IMG/VR virus record: IMGVR_UViG_3300035182_001152
Reading direction: 5' to 3' (one strand)
DNA length: 64,000 bases
From: a virus
Taxonomy: Duplodnaviria; Caudoviricetes
A model generated the notes under the pieces. It was not told the DNA's origin and searched no databases. It worked only from the letters and a program-made list of their open reading frames with translations. The position numbers and the translations under genes are program-made. Below, piece after piece: positions 18,439 through 26,622 of the stretch (position 1 is the first letter of the stretch; every line of letters begins with the position of its first letter).

Positions 18439-19506
18439 TTAGCGTAGTCCGCCTGGTATTCCTTTGGATACTACCGCGGTCGCACTCCAGGGATGGAGGC
18501 TCTCGAGGTGCTCCGTCACGATCGAGAAGTCGCTGATCTTACCCTCGTCGTATATTGCGTCAAGGCCTTGGTACATTAGACGCGATGCATCTTCTGTGAA
18601 CAGAAGATTGGAACCATTCAGTTCAGCGAACGCCTGCTCATCACGACGCTTGCAAATGATCACAACTTCCGTGGGGATTTGCTTGCGAGCCATCTCAATG
18701 ATGTCTTCAATGTACACAATGTGCTTTTCTGGATTGAACTGCACGGTGATCTTTGCAATCGAACGTTGACTGTGGCCATTCGCCGCTTGACCACGCTTGA
18801 GTGTTGCGTCTTGTGCAAGCTCAAACGAGCACGGGCATGTTGATGAGTACACGTAGTTGACTGTCAGGAAGAACGTATACACGCCGCTGTGAGATTGCGC
18901 TTCCAAAACGCAGTCATAGAAGATGTGACCGATTGCCTTTTTGTGACTGAGATACACGCCTTCTACTTCCTTGAAGAAGTCAGGGCTTGCCTTCAGAGCT
19001 TCAACGCTACCGAAGTCTTCCACCTTCAGGTCTTGGCGGGTACGGAGAGCCTCCTGTGTCCACGGATACTTGAACCGCAGCTTACAGTAGGTGCTGTTGC
19101 TGCCCTGCTTAGCCTGCAGCTTGTTCAGCACGCCCTTGAGGCCATCAATCGATAGGTGGCCGGCAATTTCCTCGTGCATGACAATTGGGAATCGCGACAG
19201 GTTCAGACCCTTTGCGTTCGGGTTGTCAAGTGAACCATACAGTGATGCCTCGGCTTGCAGCTCTTGAACTGTGCCATCGCGGCGCAGGAACTTGATCGGG
19301 AGATGTACGCCATTCACACCAACCTTGTCCAATTGAACGCGGAGGCCCGGAATGAACGGATCGATCTGTGGATCGGGTAGGTCAGCATCCTCAGGATAGT
19401 AGTCCGCATCGTACTGAAACTTCAGATGCGGCATGTGCTGTGTGTAGTCGTTGAAGCGGAACCGACGACCACGCACGACGTTCCCTAGATATTGTTCTTG
19501 TGACAT
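18439..19506 (-). CDS. folE2: GTP cyclohydrolase IB
   Basis: KGLNLSRF, STCPCS, HSQRS, FTED, ESLHPWSA motifs. Confidence 0.9.
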   Translation of the reverse strand: MSQEQYLGNVVRGRRFRFNDYTQHMPHLKFQYDADYYPEDADLPDPQIDPFIPGLRVQLDKVGVNGVHLPIKFLRRDGTVQELQAEASLYGSLDNPNAKGLNLSRFPIVMHEEIAGHLSIDGLKGVLNKLQAKQGSNSTYCKLRFKYPWTQEALRTRQDLKVEDFGSVEALKASPDFFKEVEGVYLSHKKAIGHIFYDCVLEAQSHSGVYTFFLTVNYVYSSTCPCSFELAQDATLKRGQAANGHSQRSIAKITVQFNPEKHIVYIEDIIEMARKQIPTEVVIICKRRDEQAFAELNGSNLLFTEDASRLMYQGLDAIYDEGKISDFSIVTEHLESLHPWSATAVVSKGIPGGLR

Positions 19507-19517
19507 TAGTTCTCCTG

Positions 19518-20078
19518 TTATTGGTTATTGACGGTGTACGTCACAGCGCTGACACGCACTTGGAGGTCAGCCCCGTCAATTACGACCCACTTGTCGTTTG
19601 TGGTCATTACTGTTGTGTATTGACGCATGCATGCGTCAACCATCCAGCTGTAGTGTTTGTTAATTGCCCGGACGCCATCATCAACCGGCTGAAAGTGGCC
19701 AGCTGTCAGATAGAACACGTGATCATACGTCCGTTGTGCCTCTGCACAACGGTGATAGTACTCATCCAGCCAGTTACTGTATTCGTTATCCTTGCCAATT
19801 GCAACGAGAGCGTATACAAACAGGTCTGCGTAAGTGCGTTCCGTGACGTACACTTCTGAGCTGTTAACAGCGTCCCGTTCGTCTTCAATCTTGCGCTTCA
19901 GCACTTCTTCTTGAAAGCGGATTGTCAGCGGCCGATCGTTGTTCACTTGTGAGAGTGTCACCCCCCAATCTGACAGAATTGATCGCGACGTTTTGCGCGT
20001 GATTGACTTGTACGGGAGTGCGTTGATCAGGGTCGACTTCCCAGTGCCCTGACTACCACTTACAGCGATTAGAGACAT
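19518..20078 (-). CDS. P-loop NTPase / nucleotide kinase-like
   Basis: GSQGTGKST Walker A; TERTYAD. Confidence 0.8.
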   Translation of the reverse strand: MSLIAVSGSQGTGKSTLINALPYKSITRKTSRSILSDWGVTLSQVNNDRPLTIRFQEEVLKRKIEDERDAVNSSEVYVTERTYADLFVYALVAIGKDNEYSNWLDEYYHRCAEAQRTYDHVFYLTAGHFQPVDDGVRAINKHYSWMVDACMRQYTTVMTTNDKWVVIDGADLQVRVSAVTYTVNNQ

Positions 20079-20149
20079 GTAGTGCGTCTTTCTTATTGTA
20101 GATGTTTATATATGGTAGCACCGGTTTCGATGACCTGTCAACGGAAACG

Positions 20150-20177
20150 AAAAAGGACCCTCCAGGGTCCTTTTTTT
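20150..20177. terminator. Intrinsic terminator
   Basis: AAAAAGGACCCT-cc-AGGGTCCTTTTTTT. Confidence 0.75.
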
Positions 20178-20396
20178 GAGAGGTGGGAGGTGATAGTCAA
20201 CAGGGATGATTGGTGTACAACGTACAACCTTCAATCCAACAAGTAGAGGTCTTTGGCTGTTGACGTATCCAACAATTGTGACAAACATCTAATACTAACG
20301 TCAACACACAATTTGACCGATGTCCGTTGCTTAGCGTTTGTGGCACTAAACGAGTAGTCAATCATGTATTGTCCAGAGCACCTCACCACACAATTC

Positions 20397-20993
20397 TTAT
20401 GCAACGATCCCTTCGTTGCGGAGGATCTCAACAACATCATCACTCAGGCGGATCATGTTGTTGAGATCGGAGTTTGCGGCAGTCAGCTGTTCCTCGATCG
20501 ACTCGATGTTCAGCTGGGCTTCTTTGATCGCCTTCTCGGTGGTGGCTACCGTTTCTGCGTCGAGCAGTTTGACGGTGACCGTGCCAGACAGGTAACCAAT
20601 TTGGCCGGATGAACGGCTGGCGCGAGCCTGTGCAACGATTGCAGCGGGGCTGAGGTCGTTGTGACTGCGACCTGCCGCTGCCGACGCGATTGCGCGCAAC
20701 TGGGCTGCGATGTCAAGAGCCAACTTTCGCTGGGCGACGAGCTCATCAACGGTTTCGCGGTTGGCGACGCTGATCTGCTCACGGATCTCGTAGCGAACAG
20801 TAGCCAACAGACCTCGACGTTGGATTTGCTGGCTGAGCTTGTTCCGTAGAACATCCAACAGTGCAGCAACTTCTTGTTCAGTCTCAGGGACTTCCCACAC
20901 GCTGAGGGCGGCGGTTGCATCAACTGACACATCACTGAGGGCTGCGTTTAGCTTTTCAACAATCTTGTGTGCTTGGCGGAGTGTGAATTGCAT
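20397..20993 (-). CDS. Hypothetical helical/coiled-coil protein
   Basis: AAGGA RBS; TTGACT-17-GATGAT upstream. Confidence 0.7.
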   Translation of the reverse strand: MQFTLRQAHKIVEKLNAALSDVSVDATAALSVWEVPETEQEVAALLDVLRNKLSQQIQRRGLLATVRYEIREQISVANRETVDELVAQRKLALDIAAQLRAIASAAAGRSHNDLSPAAIVAQARASRSSGQIGYLSGTVTVKLLDAETVATTEKAIKEAQLNIESIEEQLTAANSDLNNMIRLSDDVVEILRNEGIVA

Positions 20994-21059
20994 GGTGATT
21001 CCTTCAATTTGATGAACGAATCATCCCTAAACAGGTCAATCAAGTCAACAGTCTCAGGG

Positions 21060-21416
21060 TCAATCGTCTGTGCCAGCAAACCCAACCCCACCAACAACCC
21101 CGCCAACGGTCATTTCCGGCTCTTGAACTTCCCACTTGATTGCAACTAGAGCTTTGTTGAGGGCTTCATCAACGTCACCGGCAGTGATCGTCATCTCCAC
21201 GTCATCTAAATCGTCCGCGTCAACAAGCAGGAAAGAGTTGCCGGCGCCACTGATGGTGCGTGGGATTACTTTGTAGCCGATTTTGTCCAGCGCCTCGATT
21301 TTAGCAGCTCGTTCTGACTCCGCAATAACGCGGAAGCGGTCGTTGCGATCTGAAGTGCTGATGATGTCGTAGGCTGCGTACGTTTCGGTGACACGTCGAG
21401 GAGGGGCTGAGCTCAT
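21060..21416 (-). CDS. Hypothetical protein
   Basis: ATGA-coupled ORF. Confidence 0.6.
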   Translation of the reverse strand: MSSAPPRRVTETYAAYDIISTSDRNDRFRVIAESERAAKIEALDKIGYKVIPRTISGAGNSFLLVDADDLDDVEMTITAGDVDEALNKALVAIKWEVQEPEMTVGGVVGGVGFAGTDD

Positions 21417-21898
21417 TTGTTCTTTTCACAGGGGAAGGTTTCGTGCAAGGACGCAATCATTACAGCCATTGCAGCGGATTGGTCGGTGACGAATCCCTTC
21501 GTCACAACGTTGTAGCGTTCTGTGTGGGCCAGGGTCCATGTCAGTACAGCATCCAACAGTTGCTGGTCAGTTACACGCTCGTCGACGCACCACAAGGAAA
21601 TGTTTCCCTTGTTGTTCGGATCTGCAGAGGCGAGCTGAACGGTCAACGAATGCCCGTCGGACATACCACGAATCTTGCCCATGCAATTTGCAACGGCAAT
21701 GGGGCCAGACATCTCGTCCAATTTGAGCACACCAGAGCACTTCTGGAGGAAGTCATTCTGATTACCAACGTACTGCGTGTGGATTGCAGGGACGGGCTTG
21801 GACGAATGCGGCCACCACGAGTACAACACCGTAAACGCCAGTGCGGCACAGGCAAACCCTGCGGCAACAGTTGTGGCAATTTGTCGTGCGTTGGACAT
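21413..21898 (-). CDS. Rap1a/Tai-like immunity protein with N-terminal TM/signal
   Basis: NDFLQKC..CMGKIRGMSDG..WC..VTDQQL..LHETFPC pattern; hydrophobic N-terminus. Confidence 0.7.
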   Translation of the reverse strand: MSNARQIATTVAAGFACAALAFTVLYSWWPHSSKPVPAIHTQYVGNQNDFLQKCSGVLKLDEMSGPIAVANCMGKIRGMSDGHSLTVQLASADPNNKGNISLWCVDERVTDQQLLDAVLTWTLAHTERYNVVTKGFVTDQSAAMAVMIASLHETFPCEKNK

Positions 21899-21914
21899 GA
21901 TGGCTCCAGAAAGA

Positions 21915-21991
21915 TGGTCGGGGTGAGAGGATTCGAACCTTGGACCCTCTGCTCCCAAAGCAGATGCGCTACCAGGCTGCGCTACACCCCG
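21915..21991 (-). tRNA. tRNA-Pro(UGG)
   Basis: CGGGGTGTAGCGCAGCCTGGTAGCGC..TT TGG GA..GGTTCGAATCC..CCGACCA; canonical cloverleaf with CCA. Confidence 0.95.
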
Positions 21992-22027
21992 AATATGTGA
22001 TCTACTATACTGGATCTTACCGTAAAG

Positions 22028-22435
22028 TCAACAGGCAGTTTTCGTGACTTCAGGCATTTGACCTGGCCTCATGATCATCGTATGGCGCTCACGCGTAGTC
22101 TCATTGTTAGAGTCATCGACGAACACCACAGTATGGTCGAATCGGAACGCCAAGCCGACGTCAGCTTCGCAGATCGTGTAGATTACGACCTTATCGCCGG
22201 GCGAGAAATGGTGGGCGGGAGGACCATTCAGCACAATATCACCCGGCTCACCAGGAATCGCATATGTTTCCCAGTGTTTGCCATTGGCCACATTGTTTAC
22301 GTGGACGAATTCGTACGGCAGGATTCCTGCTGACGCCATCAGGTTTGGATCAATCGAGATACTGCCGACGTAGTTCAGGTCAGCATCTGTCACCGTAGCT
22401 CGGTGAATCTTTGATCGAACAAATGTGCGCTTCAT
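22028..22435 (-). CDS. panD: Aspartate 1-decarboxylase
   Basis: SKIHRATVTDADLNYVGSISID (GS autocleavage), ETYAI, NG..AH..GD. Confidence 0.92.
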   Translation of the reverse strand: MKRTFVRSKIHRATVTDADLNYVGSISIDPNLMASAGILPYEFVHVNNVANGKHWETYAIPGEPGDIVLNGPPAHHFSPGDKVVIYTICEADVGLAFRFDHTVVFVDDSNNETTRERHTMIMRPGQMPEVTKTAC

Positions 22436-22611
22436 TTCGGCCCCGTGCTATTTGTATCTGCCGCCTTTTGTTGAAAGCGCAGCTGGCCAATTTCTGTTGT
22501 CAGACTTTTGACGGCATCCTGCAGAATCTTCATTTGACCGAGGAGTTGCTCCTGGGTCTTAGTGTTCAGTTCGATGGCGGCCTTCAAGCCGGAGATGTCA
22601 GGGAACATCAT
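22432..22611 (-). CDS. Small coiled-coil protein (59 aa, below track cutoff)
   Basis: ATGA overlaps at both ends; MMFPDISGLKAAIELN.. Confidence 0.55.
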   Translation of the reverse strand: MMFPDISGLKAAIELNTKTQEQLLGQMKILQDAVKSLTTEIGQLRFQQKAADTNSTGPK

Positions 22612-22871
22612 TGTGGGGCGGGATCCGTGAGACCGTACAGTTCGCGCCGATCAGCATCGGCTGGCCAGTTGGCCACTACATAGTCGCGATATTCGTACCA
22701 AAATGGAACGCGGTCGCGAAATGCGTATGATGCACGTAGTGTTGGAATTGAAACCTTGATTTCCAGGCGGGCTGGATCATCAATGTAGTACTCCAATGTG
22801 AGCGTTCCACACAGACACGCTTCATATACATCGCGTACGGTGCAAAAGATTTCTGTGTGGTTGTCGTTCAT
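22608..22871 (-). CDS. Hypothetical protein
   Basis: ORF coupled to next gene. Confidence 0.55.
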   Translation of the reverse strand: MNDNHTEIFCTVRDVYEACLCGTLTLEYYIDDPARLEIKVSIPTLRASYAFRDRVPFWYEYRDYVVANWPADADRRELYGLTDPAPQ

Positions 22872-22874
22872 TTG

Positions 22875-23270
22875 GGTGTGTATTTGGTATGCTACGGGAT
22901 TGCACCGTAACCATCGACTTAACGACTTTCGCTAGTGGTTCATCCGCTTCAGTTACGTGCATTCGCGGAGCTCTATTCGAGTTCTGTAAGAGTTGACGCA
23001 CAGAGCACGTACTAACTGGCCAACTCTAAACATTGTGCGCACGGGGACTATCGAAATCGCCTTTCACCGCTTTGCAAGCGGCACCATCACCCTTCTGGCT
23101 CGCACGCATTAAAAGCTTGCTGGTATACCAGCAACTTGGTTAGCCCGCATCTCGTTTGAGTCGTATCACTTCTTAGCTGTCGAAGGCTTAACGGCGCTGC
23201 TATTTGGGTTACCAAGCACGTGACACGAGATCGCACCATCACGTACGCACACTAAAGTGCGTTAGCTTTT
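22875..23270 (-). ncRNA. Putative structured ncRNA downstream of tRNA-Ala
   Basis: ORF-free ~400 nt with many helices and a 3' T-arm-like hairpin TACGG-tgcaatc-CCGTA. Confidence 0.5.
23036..23107 (-). tRNA. Non-canonical tRNA-Cys(GCA)-like cloverleaf
   Basis: 7-bp acceptor GCGTGCG/CGTGCGC, D arm CCA..TGG, anticodon loop TTGCAAA, T loop TTCGATA; T-stem has a C-C mismatch, A73. Confidence 0.5.
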
Positions 23271-23272
23271 TG

Positions 23273-23345
23273 TGGAGGATAACGGGATCGAACCGTTGAC
23301 CTCATGCTTGCAAAGCATGTGCTCTCCCAGCTGAGCTAATCCCCC
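23273..23345 (-). tRNA. tRNA-Ala(UGC)
   Basis: GGGGGATTAGCTCAGCTGGGAGAGC..TT TGC AA..GGTTCGATCCC; G3-U70; CCA not encoded. Confidence 0.95.
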
Positions 23346-23351
23346 AGGGGA

Positions 23352-23592
23352 CGGTGGAGGATGGGGCCGCCCATCCTCTATGCTTCGTCGGCTCCGAAGC
23401 ACACCGTGAGTCTCTCATTCTAATACAACGCTTACTGTGGAAGGTTGCCCTTACGCCCGAATGAGTTAGGCCCAAGTCATTATCAGTTCCGTACGTCAGA
23501 CTTGGAATTGAGTACGAGAACATCGGCTTTGGTGTCATCTACCGACGGGGTGGTCAGCTTGCGCTGCTTAACACGAGACTTTCATCTCCACC
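23352..23592 (-). ncRNA. Putative structured ncRNA leading tRNA-Ala
   Basis: Terminal helix GGTGGAG/CTCCACC, at least six internal helices, directly after a sigma70 promoter. Confidence 0.55.
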
Positions 23593-23601
23593 AGTTCGTT
23601 A

Positions 23602-23630
23602 ACTATAACGGTTACCTATTTATCCGTCAA
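23602..23630 (-). promoter_or_regulatory. Sigma70-type promoter TTGACG-17-TATAGT
   Basis: Near-consensus, overlaps 3' end of macro-domain gene. Confidence 0.75.
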
Positions 23631-24116
23631 CGGGTACAAGTCGCAAATAAACACATTGACGTTGTACTGCTGCTGAAGGGTGTCGATCATTGGACCAACG
23701 TTTTCCCACTTCAAGCCGCCAAGCCCGCACCCAACACGAGGCATATACAGGTCCAAATTTGTGCCACGACAAAACGACAGTGTTGCTTCCGCCGCTTTTT
23801 GAATAGCGAGTTGACTTGCATACGCACGGCCGTCCCTACCACAATCTTCTTGCGTGAACATATTGGCAACAAAGATTGAGTTTGGCTCATCAATGTCTGG
23901 ATGCCCCACATTGACAATTTGGCTAAGACCAAGTAGTTCACGCGTCGGACGCTTCCACGCTTTAACCATTGAGTGGTATCGCTCGTAAGCAATCGCCCAT
24001 TTGTTTTTGATCGCAAGAGCCACGCCCGAACCCATCACCCCGCGACTATTGACGCCTTGCCCAACCACACCTCTTACGACCGTAGTAACGTCTTTTTGAA
24101 TGTAGGTTAAGGCCAT
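23616..24116 (-). CDS. Macro domain (ADP-ribose processing) protein
   Basis: GVNSRGVMGSGVALAIK, ANMFTQ, MPRVGCGLGGLKW. Confidence 0.88.
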   Translation of the reverse strand: MALTYIQKDVTTVVRGVVGQGVNSRGVMGSGVALAIKNKWAIAYERYHSMVKAWKRPTRELLGLSQIVNVGHPDIDEPNSIFVANMFTQEDCGRDGRAYASQLAIQKAAEATLSFCRGTNLDLYMPRVGCGLGGLKWENVGPMIDTLQQQYNVNVFICDLYPLTDK

Positions 24117-24117
24117 G

Positions 24118-24486
24118 TTATGTCCGATTGAAGTACATCCGGGCGCCGTTTTCGCTGTCTTCAGACACTTCGATCACCAGCTCACGACCGGGATACGTCT
24201 TTGCGATGTAGTCTGCCAAGTCTTCTGCGATCATTTCGCACGACTTGTGGTTCAGCTGGAGAGTGCCAGATGAGTACAGCGATTCCAGCTCACGCTTCAG
24301 CAGGATGAACTCGACATCACGATTGGTGTGCTTGACTTCCAGCTCGACGCGGAAGTGGAACATATGACGGTGTGGATATCCAAGGAAGCTGACGTCAGCG
24401 AGCAACGGATTGGTAGCAGCGTCGGGATAAAGGTGAACGCCTTCCTTAGCAAACTGTACGAAAATAAATTGTTTATCAGCCTTCAT
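24118..24486 (-). CDS. QueD/PTPS-like T-fold protein
   Basis: EGVH, HRHMFHFRV, SCEMIAEDL, EVSED.ENGA as in phage 6-carboxytetrahydropterin synthase-like proteins. Confidence 0.75.
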   Translation of the reverse strand: MKADKQFIFVQFAKEGVHLYPDAATNPLLADVSFLGYPHRHMFHFRVELEVKHTNRDVEFILLKRELESLYSSGTLQLNHKSCEMIAEDLADYIAKTYPGRELVIEVSEDSENGARMYFNRT

Positions 24487-24964
24487 TGTTTTGTCCTTTG
24501 GTTCTTTCGTATGTTAATCGTCTAGCCTCCGACCAAGGCTTACCTGTTTTCTTCTCGGAAATCAGTTTCTTAGTTTCGTCAGAGAGCTTAGTTCCCTTCG
24601 GGCGTCCCTTCAACAACCCCTGCTCGCTTAATGTGCGGCCGGCGTTCCAACTCTCTTGCTTTGCGCTCGTCTGACCATTTTTTTGTTTGGATTTGGACCC
24701 GAAAGATTATGGCGGTGTTGTTCAGACTTCGCTCTACCAAGTTGTGACGGTGGCCGCTGATCATCAATAATGTTAGTCAGTGTCCCAGTACAGGCAGCTT
24801 GCCTTTTGACAGAATGCTCTGCATCTTGCAAAATTTCCATCGATTTGATGTTGTCTGGAGCGTTTCGTTGAGGTGATCCAAGTGGCGTTGGTTTTCCACT
24901 TGCCCTTTCCAATGTAGAAAGGTAGCAGCGTATCAGGATCTTTATAGCAGTAAACGTAGTACAT
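24476..24964 (-). pseudogene. Decayed GIY-YIG/NUMOD3 homing endonuclease
   Basis: YYVYCYKDP..FYIGKG, then QRHLDHLNE in a second frame, GTLTN, KLSDETKKLISEKK in other frames; several frameshifts or a deletion. Confidence 0.75.
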
Positions 24965-24993
24965 AAATTTCTCCTACGTTTACTTATTGAAAG

Positions 24994-25044
24994 TCACTGC
25001 TCCTTTTGGAACGTAACGAAGATGAATTGCTTATTTGCTTGCAT
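24994..25044 (-). pseudogene. Orphaned N-terminus of QueD-like gene (16 codons)
   Basis: GAGGAG RBS then MQANKQFIFVTFQKEQ*, 11/15 identical to start of 24118-24486 protein. Confidence 0.8.
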
Positions 25045-25097
25045 GGTTTCTCCTCAGAATGAGTAAATAGTATACAACTTTCAATGGGTTAACAACT

Positions 25098-25718
25098 ATG
25101 AAACTTTATGAGCTCCAGCAACTGGACGAGGGACTAATGCAACGCGTCTTAGCTGCAGCAACGCTTGCAGCTGGCATGCTAATTACCCCTACGGCAAATA
25201 CTCCTGAACTGCCTGCTGATATGGTACAAGCTATTGGTCAGCGCACGGGAATGGACAAGCAAGCGATGATCGCTAAGATGGCGGCGATTGCGTCAGACAA
25301 GTATCACGCTGACCCAGCAATGGTCAAGCAGGTTGTCCAACTAGCTGTTAAATACTCATATCCAGACTTCCCCACAGCAAAAGACCTACTCGCTGTTGTC
25401 GGTGTAGAGAGCTCGTTCAATCCAAACGCCGTCTCGAAGCTCAAGCATGATCCGGCTCGCGGCCTTCTACAGGTCCGCCCAGGTGTTTGGGGGATGAAGC
25501 CTCAACAACTATCAACAATCGAGGATCAAATTAAGATGGGTGCGAAAGTGTTGCGCAGCTACTACAAGCGGTTTGGATCTCGAGAAGCTGCACTGCACGC
25601 TTTCAACGTTGGGCCCAAGAATCATATCAAGAGTGCGAAGCAGCCCAACAAGGGTAACCCACGGTACGTGCCCAAGGTTGATGCTGAAGAACGATTGTAC
25701 GCAGAGTTGGAGCGATAA
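25098..25718 (+). CDS. SLT-family lytic transglycosylase
   Basis: VESSFNPNAVS (catalytic Glu), GLLQV, ALHAFNVGP; GTAAATA upstream. Confidence 0.85.
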   Translation: MKLYELQQLDEGLMQRVLAAATLAAGMLITPTANTPELPADMVQAIGQRTGMDKQAMIAKMAAIASDKYHADPAMVKQVVQLAVKYSYPDFPTAKDLLAVVGVESSFNPNAVSKLKHDPARGLLQVRPGVWGMKPQQLSTIEDQIKMGAKVLRSYYKRFGSREAALHAFNVGPKNHIKSAKQPNKGNPRYVPKVDAEERLYAELER

Positions 25719-25782
25719 TCGGAAACTCTACGTTGACAACGAAATGACGAACGTATTGGGTATCGCCTCGCTCGGATGTGAA

Positions 25783-26115
25783 TTAGGTCGTCGAGAATGA
25801 GCTGCCACAACCACATGTTGATGTAGCGTTCGGATTGGCGATCTTGAATTGCGCACCCGTCAAGTCTTCCGTGAAGTCGACCGTTGCCTCAAACAGATAA
25901 AGCATACTGGATGGGTCAACTAGAACGCTAACCCCGTCATGCTCACTAACGTAGTCATCCTCATTGACGACATCATCCAGCGTAAACCCGTACTGAAAAC
26001 CCGCACATCCACCACCCTGGACGAATACGCGGAGTTTCAAACTTGGGTTGTTCTCTTCTGCAATGATCTCTTTGACCTTCGCTGCAGCGGCGGGCGTAAA
26101 AGTAATGTTGCTCAT
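25783..26115 (-). CDS. erpA: A-type Fe-S carrier protein (ErpA/IscA family)
   Basis: [30 protein letters not shown]. Confidence 0.9.
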   Translation of the reverse strand: MSNITFTPAAAAKVKEIIAEENNPSLKLRVFVQGGGCAGFQYGFTLDDVVNEDDYVSEHDGVSVLVDPSSMLYLFEATVDFTEDLTGAQFKIANPNATSTCGCGSSFSTT

Positions 26116-26119
26116 CACC

Positions 26120-26566
26120 TTATTTAGCCAGCCCAAACTGGTTGAGAAACAGAGCCAATTCGATCTCCACGGCCGTCAACGACTCAACAGCAGCCTTCGT
26201 CGCTTCTTGTTCCACTGCCCGATCGCTGCGAAGCAGCAGGGCAGCTTCGTAGATCGCTTGAGGCACGACGATTCCTGTGCAGGTCATCAGACCGCCAAGC
26301 GATTGCTCGTCTTCGTGGAAGTTAGCGTACGGCAGTTGCAAGGCGTCACCAAAACGAGCAACCTCAGCAGCAACGGCAATTACACCGTGGTAGTGGCCAC
26401 CATTCAGGCAGATCATCGTCTTGTGGTTCGTAGCCCAGTCGTACAAAGTCGCCTTTTGTGGCGACTCGTCGATGTACTTGATGAACATTTCACCCATGCA
26501 ATGGCCCGGCTGAATGCCTTGTTGCACAGAATTGAGTATCCAGTTAGTGAAGGTGTAAAAACGCAT
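26120..26566 (-). CDS. Hypothetical protein, possibly Pth2-like fold
   Basis: [31 protein letters not shown] loosely resembles Pth2 layout. Confidence 0.45.
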   Translation of the reverse strand: MRFYTFTNWILNSVQQGIQPGHCMGEMFIKYIDESPQKATLYDWATNHKTMICLNGGHYHGVIAVAAEVARFGDALQLPYANFHEDEQSLGGLMTCTGIVVPQAIYEAALLLRSDRAVEQEATKAAVESLTAVEIELALFLNQFGLAK

Positions 26567-26622
26567 TTGATGCTCCCGTATCAAGATGCGTCATTGTCCA
26601 TCTAGGATGAGTGGAGATCAAC

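Noticed and set aside
22875-23270. Group I intron
   Set aside because: P/Q/R/S-like words are present (TGCT..AGCAG, GACTC, TAGTC), but P7 is mismatched, there is no P5, and no flanking exons that rejoin into a gene or tRNA were found.
23352-23592. RNase P RNA
   Set aside because: GAAAGTC resembles the P4 5' strand, but the matching 3' conserved region and other universal elements were not found.
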